DNA from: Tubulanus polymorphus
Taxonomy: Eukaryota; Animalia; Nemertea
DNA: 64,000 nucleotides
Assembly: GCF_964204645.1 (NCBI RefSeq)
Contig: NC_134025.1
Coordinates: 13,268,001-13,332,000, forward strand
Direction of reading: 5' to 3'
The notes below the pieces were generated by a model that saw only the letters and a list, made by a program, of their open reading frames with translations, did no database searches and had not been told where the DNA came from. The first letter of the stretch is position 1; each line of letters begins with the position of its first letter. Below, piece by piece: positions 28,479 through 64,000 of the stretch. The translations under genes and the position numbers were made by a program.

Positions 28479-29433
28479 ATGTCATATATATCAAATGTAA
28501 TCGCCTTGTGTCGTTATACTTTCCTCTCCTAAGTTGAAACCGCACTTATGACCTTTTACAAGCTTACGAGGGTCGATGCTATAAATCAGAAATAATATTC
28601 CGCCGGTAAGCTTTACACAACACCAAAGAAAACCAGTCATATTGCATTATCAATATTGATTGAAAAAATATATCATATGAAACAAAACAATTATGATATA
28701 TCTTTGCAACTCAATTCGTTCGAGCGCCGAGACCATTACGTGCTAGCAAAATCGTCTTTCGTTCTTTCCTGTTTCTAGGGCAGGTATCACTCCCAAGCCT
28801 TAAATGCGAGCGTAAAGACCGCTGACATTCAGGCCTTATGTGCTCCCCCGACCGAAAATCTATAGCTTCGACTTTACAGTATTCAATTATAACCTGAATT
28901 TCTGGAGAATTTCATGGGATTAAACATGGACGAGGTTTTGTATTGTTATTCAATCAAATTCAGATAAACTAGAAAAAAATGTTCTATTCATTTCAATATG
29001 TTGATTTGTAAGTGAGTTATATCGATATGATACTTAATACCTCAAAGTTCTCTGCGATGTTAATAGATATCTTACTGATAATCGACCAGCTCGATTAATT
29101 GATTTGAAGAGTTAACGCATATTTGAATGAAATATTCGTTGGATGTATTGGGTGCAATATGGTTTGGTATCGATGGATCAACTGTATGTTCATGAAAGAG
29201 AACACGAGTATAAGGCTATTCTACAGAAAGGCGGTTCCAATGTGTTGAATCTGCCTCGGTTCAACTAATTGTCGGATCACAAATTAATCGGGAACAGAAA
29301 GTAACGACTGTAAGACATCCCACGCGATTCGCCGTTAAACGTAATTATTCACCGACTAATTTACATGAACCTACAGTAAAACCTATATTCGTCGTAAATA
29401 AACGAAACCCTGGATTTTAATTTATCTGCTAGT

Positions 29434-30260
29434 ATGCTAGCGAATGCCGCTAGTAAACAGCTAGGTTGTTTGTTTAGTAAACATTTCAACTCAACCGGTC
29501 TAACTTATAAGACATTTACGAAAATTTACGATAGCACGGTTGTACCAATTATGGATTATGCAAGCACCATATGGGGTTTAAGGAATTTTGAATGTTGTAA
29601 TAAAGTCCAATTTAGGGCCATGCGAAGTTTTTTTAGGAACCGGGAAGCACTCATCCCTTTCCACCCTGATATGGGGTGGACTTCTGTTTCTATCAGGCAC
29701 AAAATCTTTAAGAAGTTTTACGTATGTGGTTTCGCTTCTGTGGGATGCCTGATGATAGGCTTACTAAACGTTTATTTCTGTATGATTATAAACAATCTCT
29801 AATCGGTAAAGTTAATTGGTGTAGTTTTGCGAAAAATGTCTTCGCCGAATGTCATATGGACTATTTTTATTATAATATTAATTTATGTAACTTAACCCCG
29901 TATCAAGTAAAAACTGTTTCTAATGATGCTAAGAAATCCTTGTGTCGAAATCATGCCTATATATGGTCTATGGAGGTAGCCTCTCTACCCAAATTAAGAA
30001 CATACAGGTTATTCAAACGTACATTTGGCACTGAAAAGTACGTTAAGAGAAACGTATCAAGGAAAGTAGATCAACTATTGCAAGACTGAGAAACGGATCT
30101 TATCATAAACATAGAGCTAGGGAGGTATAGGAACCTACCAGCGGAAGAGAGACTATGCCCTTCTTGTCCTGAGCGAGTAGTTGAGACAGAAATCCACTTT
30201 TTGTGTAAATGTTTAGCATGTAGTGATTACCGTATTAAATTGTTCGCTAAAATCCAGGAA
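29434..30260 (+). mobile_element. Decayed non-LTR retrotransposon (LINE) ORF2 3' fragment
   Basis: Frameshifted pieces IYDSTVVPIMDYASTIWG..KVQFRAMR, DMGW, MPDDRLTK, KLRTYRLFK and ARLRNG..IELGRY..RLCPSC..ETEIHFLCKC (CCHC-type end). Clade not assigned. Confidence 0.8.
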
Positions 30261-31853
30261 GAAAGACACTAAATATTTTGATGGATATATGAAAGCTGTG
30301 GGTACTGGAGTGTGTAATGGGTAGTGTAGTGTGATCTGTGTGCATTTGTGGCCAGCACACAGATCACATTGTTCATTGGGGTTTGGTCCAGGACTCGCGA
30401 GATTTTCAACAACACGGAAGTAACGTGTAATAAATGATGACTTGAATTGCATGACTACCTACCACCCCTCATTATTGTTGGAAAACTAAACGTTCCGCAC
30501 TGACTAAAAATTAGTAATAACATTTTAGAAATGGCCAGAATTTCAACTTAGGTTCTATCTCATTTTTATTTTACAATTGCGATTGGTATAATTTTTTTTA
30601 AACGGCCGTTAAGGCTTCATGTTTCGTCTGCAATTCACTGCAAATAGTTACGCAACTACGCACATTTCAGTGTTTTTGGCAGCTGTACACTCAATCGGCA
30701 CCGTTCGTGACCAGCTTCACTGCGGAATTATCATTAATTAACATCGCCATATCACATCATCAACTTATATTATGCCTTAAAACCCTAACAGCCGAAATAA
30801 TTGAAATGCACACACGATTTCTAAGAGTGGCCATGTTTGTGTTCTACTGCTTCGCGTAAATACCGCGCGGTGGCGCAACCGCGCGGAGTGGGGCCGATAC
30901 GTCAAGGAACTCTTAGATATTAATATGTATATTTTATCCACTACAGACCAATTGTCCTTGATTCTAGCGAATGATCACATTATTAATCACGTCTGTAAGT
31001 TTGTTAATGAGGCGTCCATTCTGCGTAATGCACCGCCATAATGCATTTAACCAACTGAACCCCCTTTTGTCTTGTAAGCCTGTGGTTATTGCTTTTGAGT
31101 TTGACTTTTTTTTTTAACTGACTTTTTTGAAGGGCTACCCCCAAACTCCCTTTCGGCACGGCCTGGTGATCTCACTATCCATACAGCTCTTCAACTACAT
31201 CATGGCAGGAAAAATGTTTGAAAGATCATAAAATGTTTGAAAAACCACAATGATTAAAAGAAAATCTGTATTTACTTTTTCTGTCCATTTTGTTATTTTC
31301 TGCAAGTAAGAATGAAACAAGGTTTCATATATTTCAATCAATGATATAATGGATTAAAAGTCGAACTAGGAGTTTGGTGAATCTTGATCTGGTTACTCTT
31401 GATTCTAATCAAAATGGTGTAGCTTGGTGAAATTTCTATAATGACATGAACGATTTTGGAGAAAAATATGGGGAATAAGGCTAGGGTATAGCTTTATAGG
31501 ATAGGGTATTGGGTGAATATTATGGAGAGTAGTCTAATTCTATAGAAATAACAGGCCTCGGTCGTTTTCAAAGCAATAAATCCCTGGTGATAAAGCAAAT
31601 ACAGTACCGGTACCGTACGTTGATATTCTCGTTATAACAGGAACATTCATGCCTTTCTGTTCTACTGTGCAATGGCGCCGTGGCTTGGCAAAACTGCACA
31701 TTAATGATATTTAGTAGATCTGTTTGTATAATGGTTATGTACTATAGCATAGCACAAGTTAGGCACTGCAGTGACAGGATCTATGGAATATACATTGTAT
31801 GCGAAAATATGTGGATTATATAAAACTCAGGATAATGCTATTACTTTGGGATA

Positions 31854-63926
<32,073 letters not shown>

Positions 63927-64000
63927 GTAAGTGAAAATCATTTTTGCCTGTAAAATAACGCACGGTATACTATTCATATCTCAAGGTAGAATCTCGAAAG

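Noticed and set aside
30760-30840. Minus-strand AACATGGC start followed by a targeting-peptide-like stretch
   Set aside because: It stops after 24 codons with no clear donor; may be a YY1-like promoter motif or decayed repeat.

Overview
AT-rich, intron-containing animal genomic DNA, most consistent with a marine invertebrate or spiralian (inference only). The left half is a compact three-gene Wnt cluster that can be spliced by hand through canonical GT-AG introns with consistent phases: Wnt10 (minus, 5 coding exons), head-to-head with Wnt1 (plus, 5 exons), followed by Wnt6 (plus, 4 exons). The order Wnt10<- Wnt1-> Wnt6-> differs from the usual protostome order Wnt9<- Wnt1-> Wnt6-> Wnt10->. 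A decayed LINE fragment follows. From 31.85 kb onward is a kinesin-3 of the STARD9/KIF16A type (26 exons traced: motor, FHA, coiled coil and a 2.8-kb low-complexity exon) that runs off the window end. Introns hold several non-autonomous mobile element families: four Helentron/HINE-like elements (three with 154-bp internal repeats), TA-flanked MITEs, microsatellites and small fold-back elements carrying minimal hammerhead ribozyme motifs. One hammerhead, in Wnt1 intron 1 on the sense strand, has an apparently complete catalytic core. Gene names rest on remembered family signatures; no database search was run.
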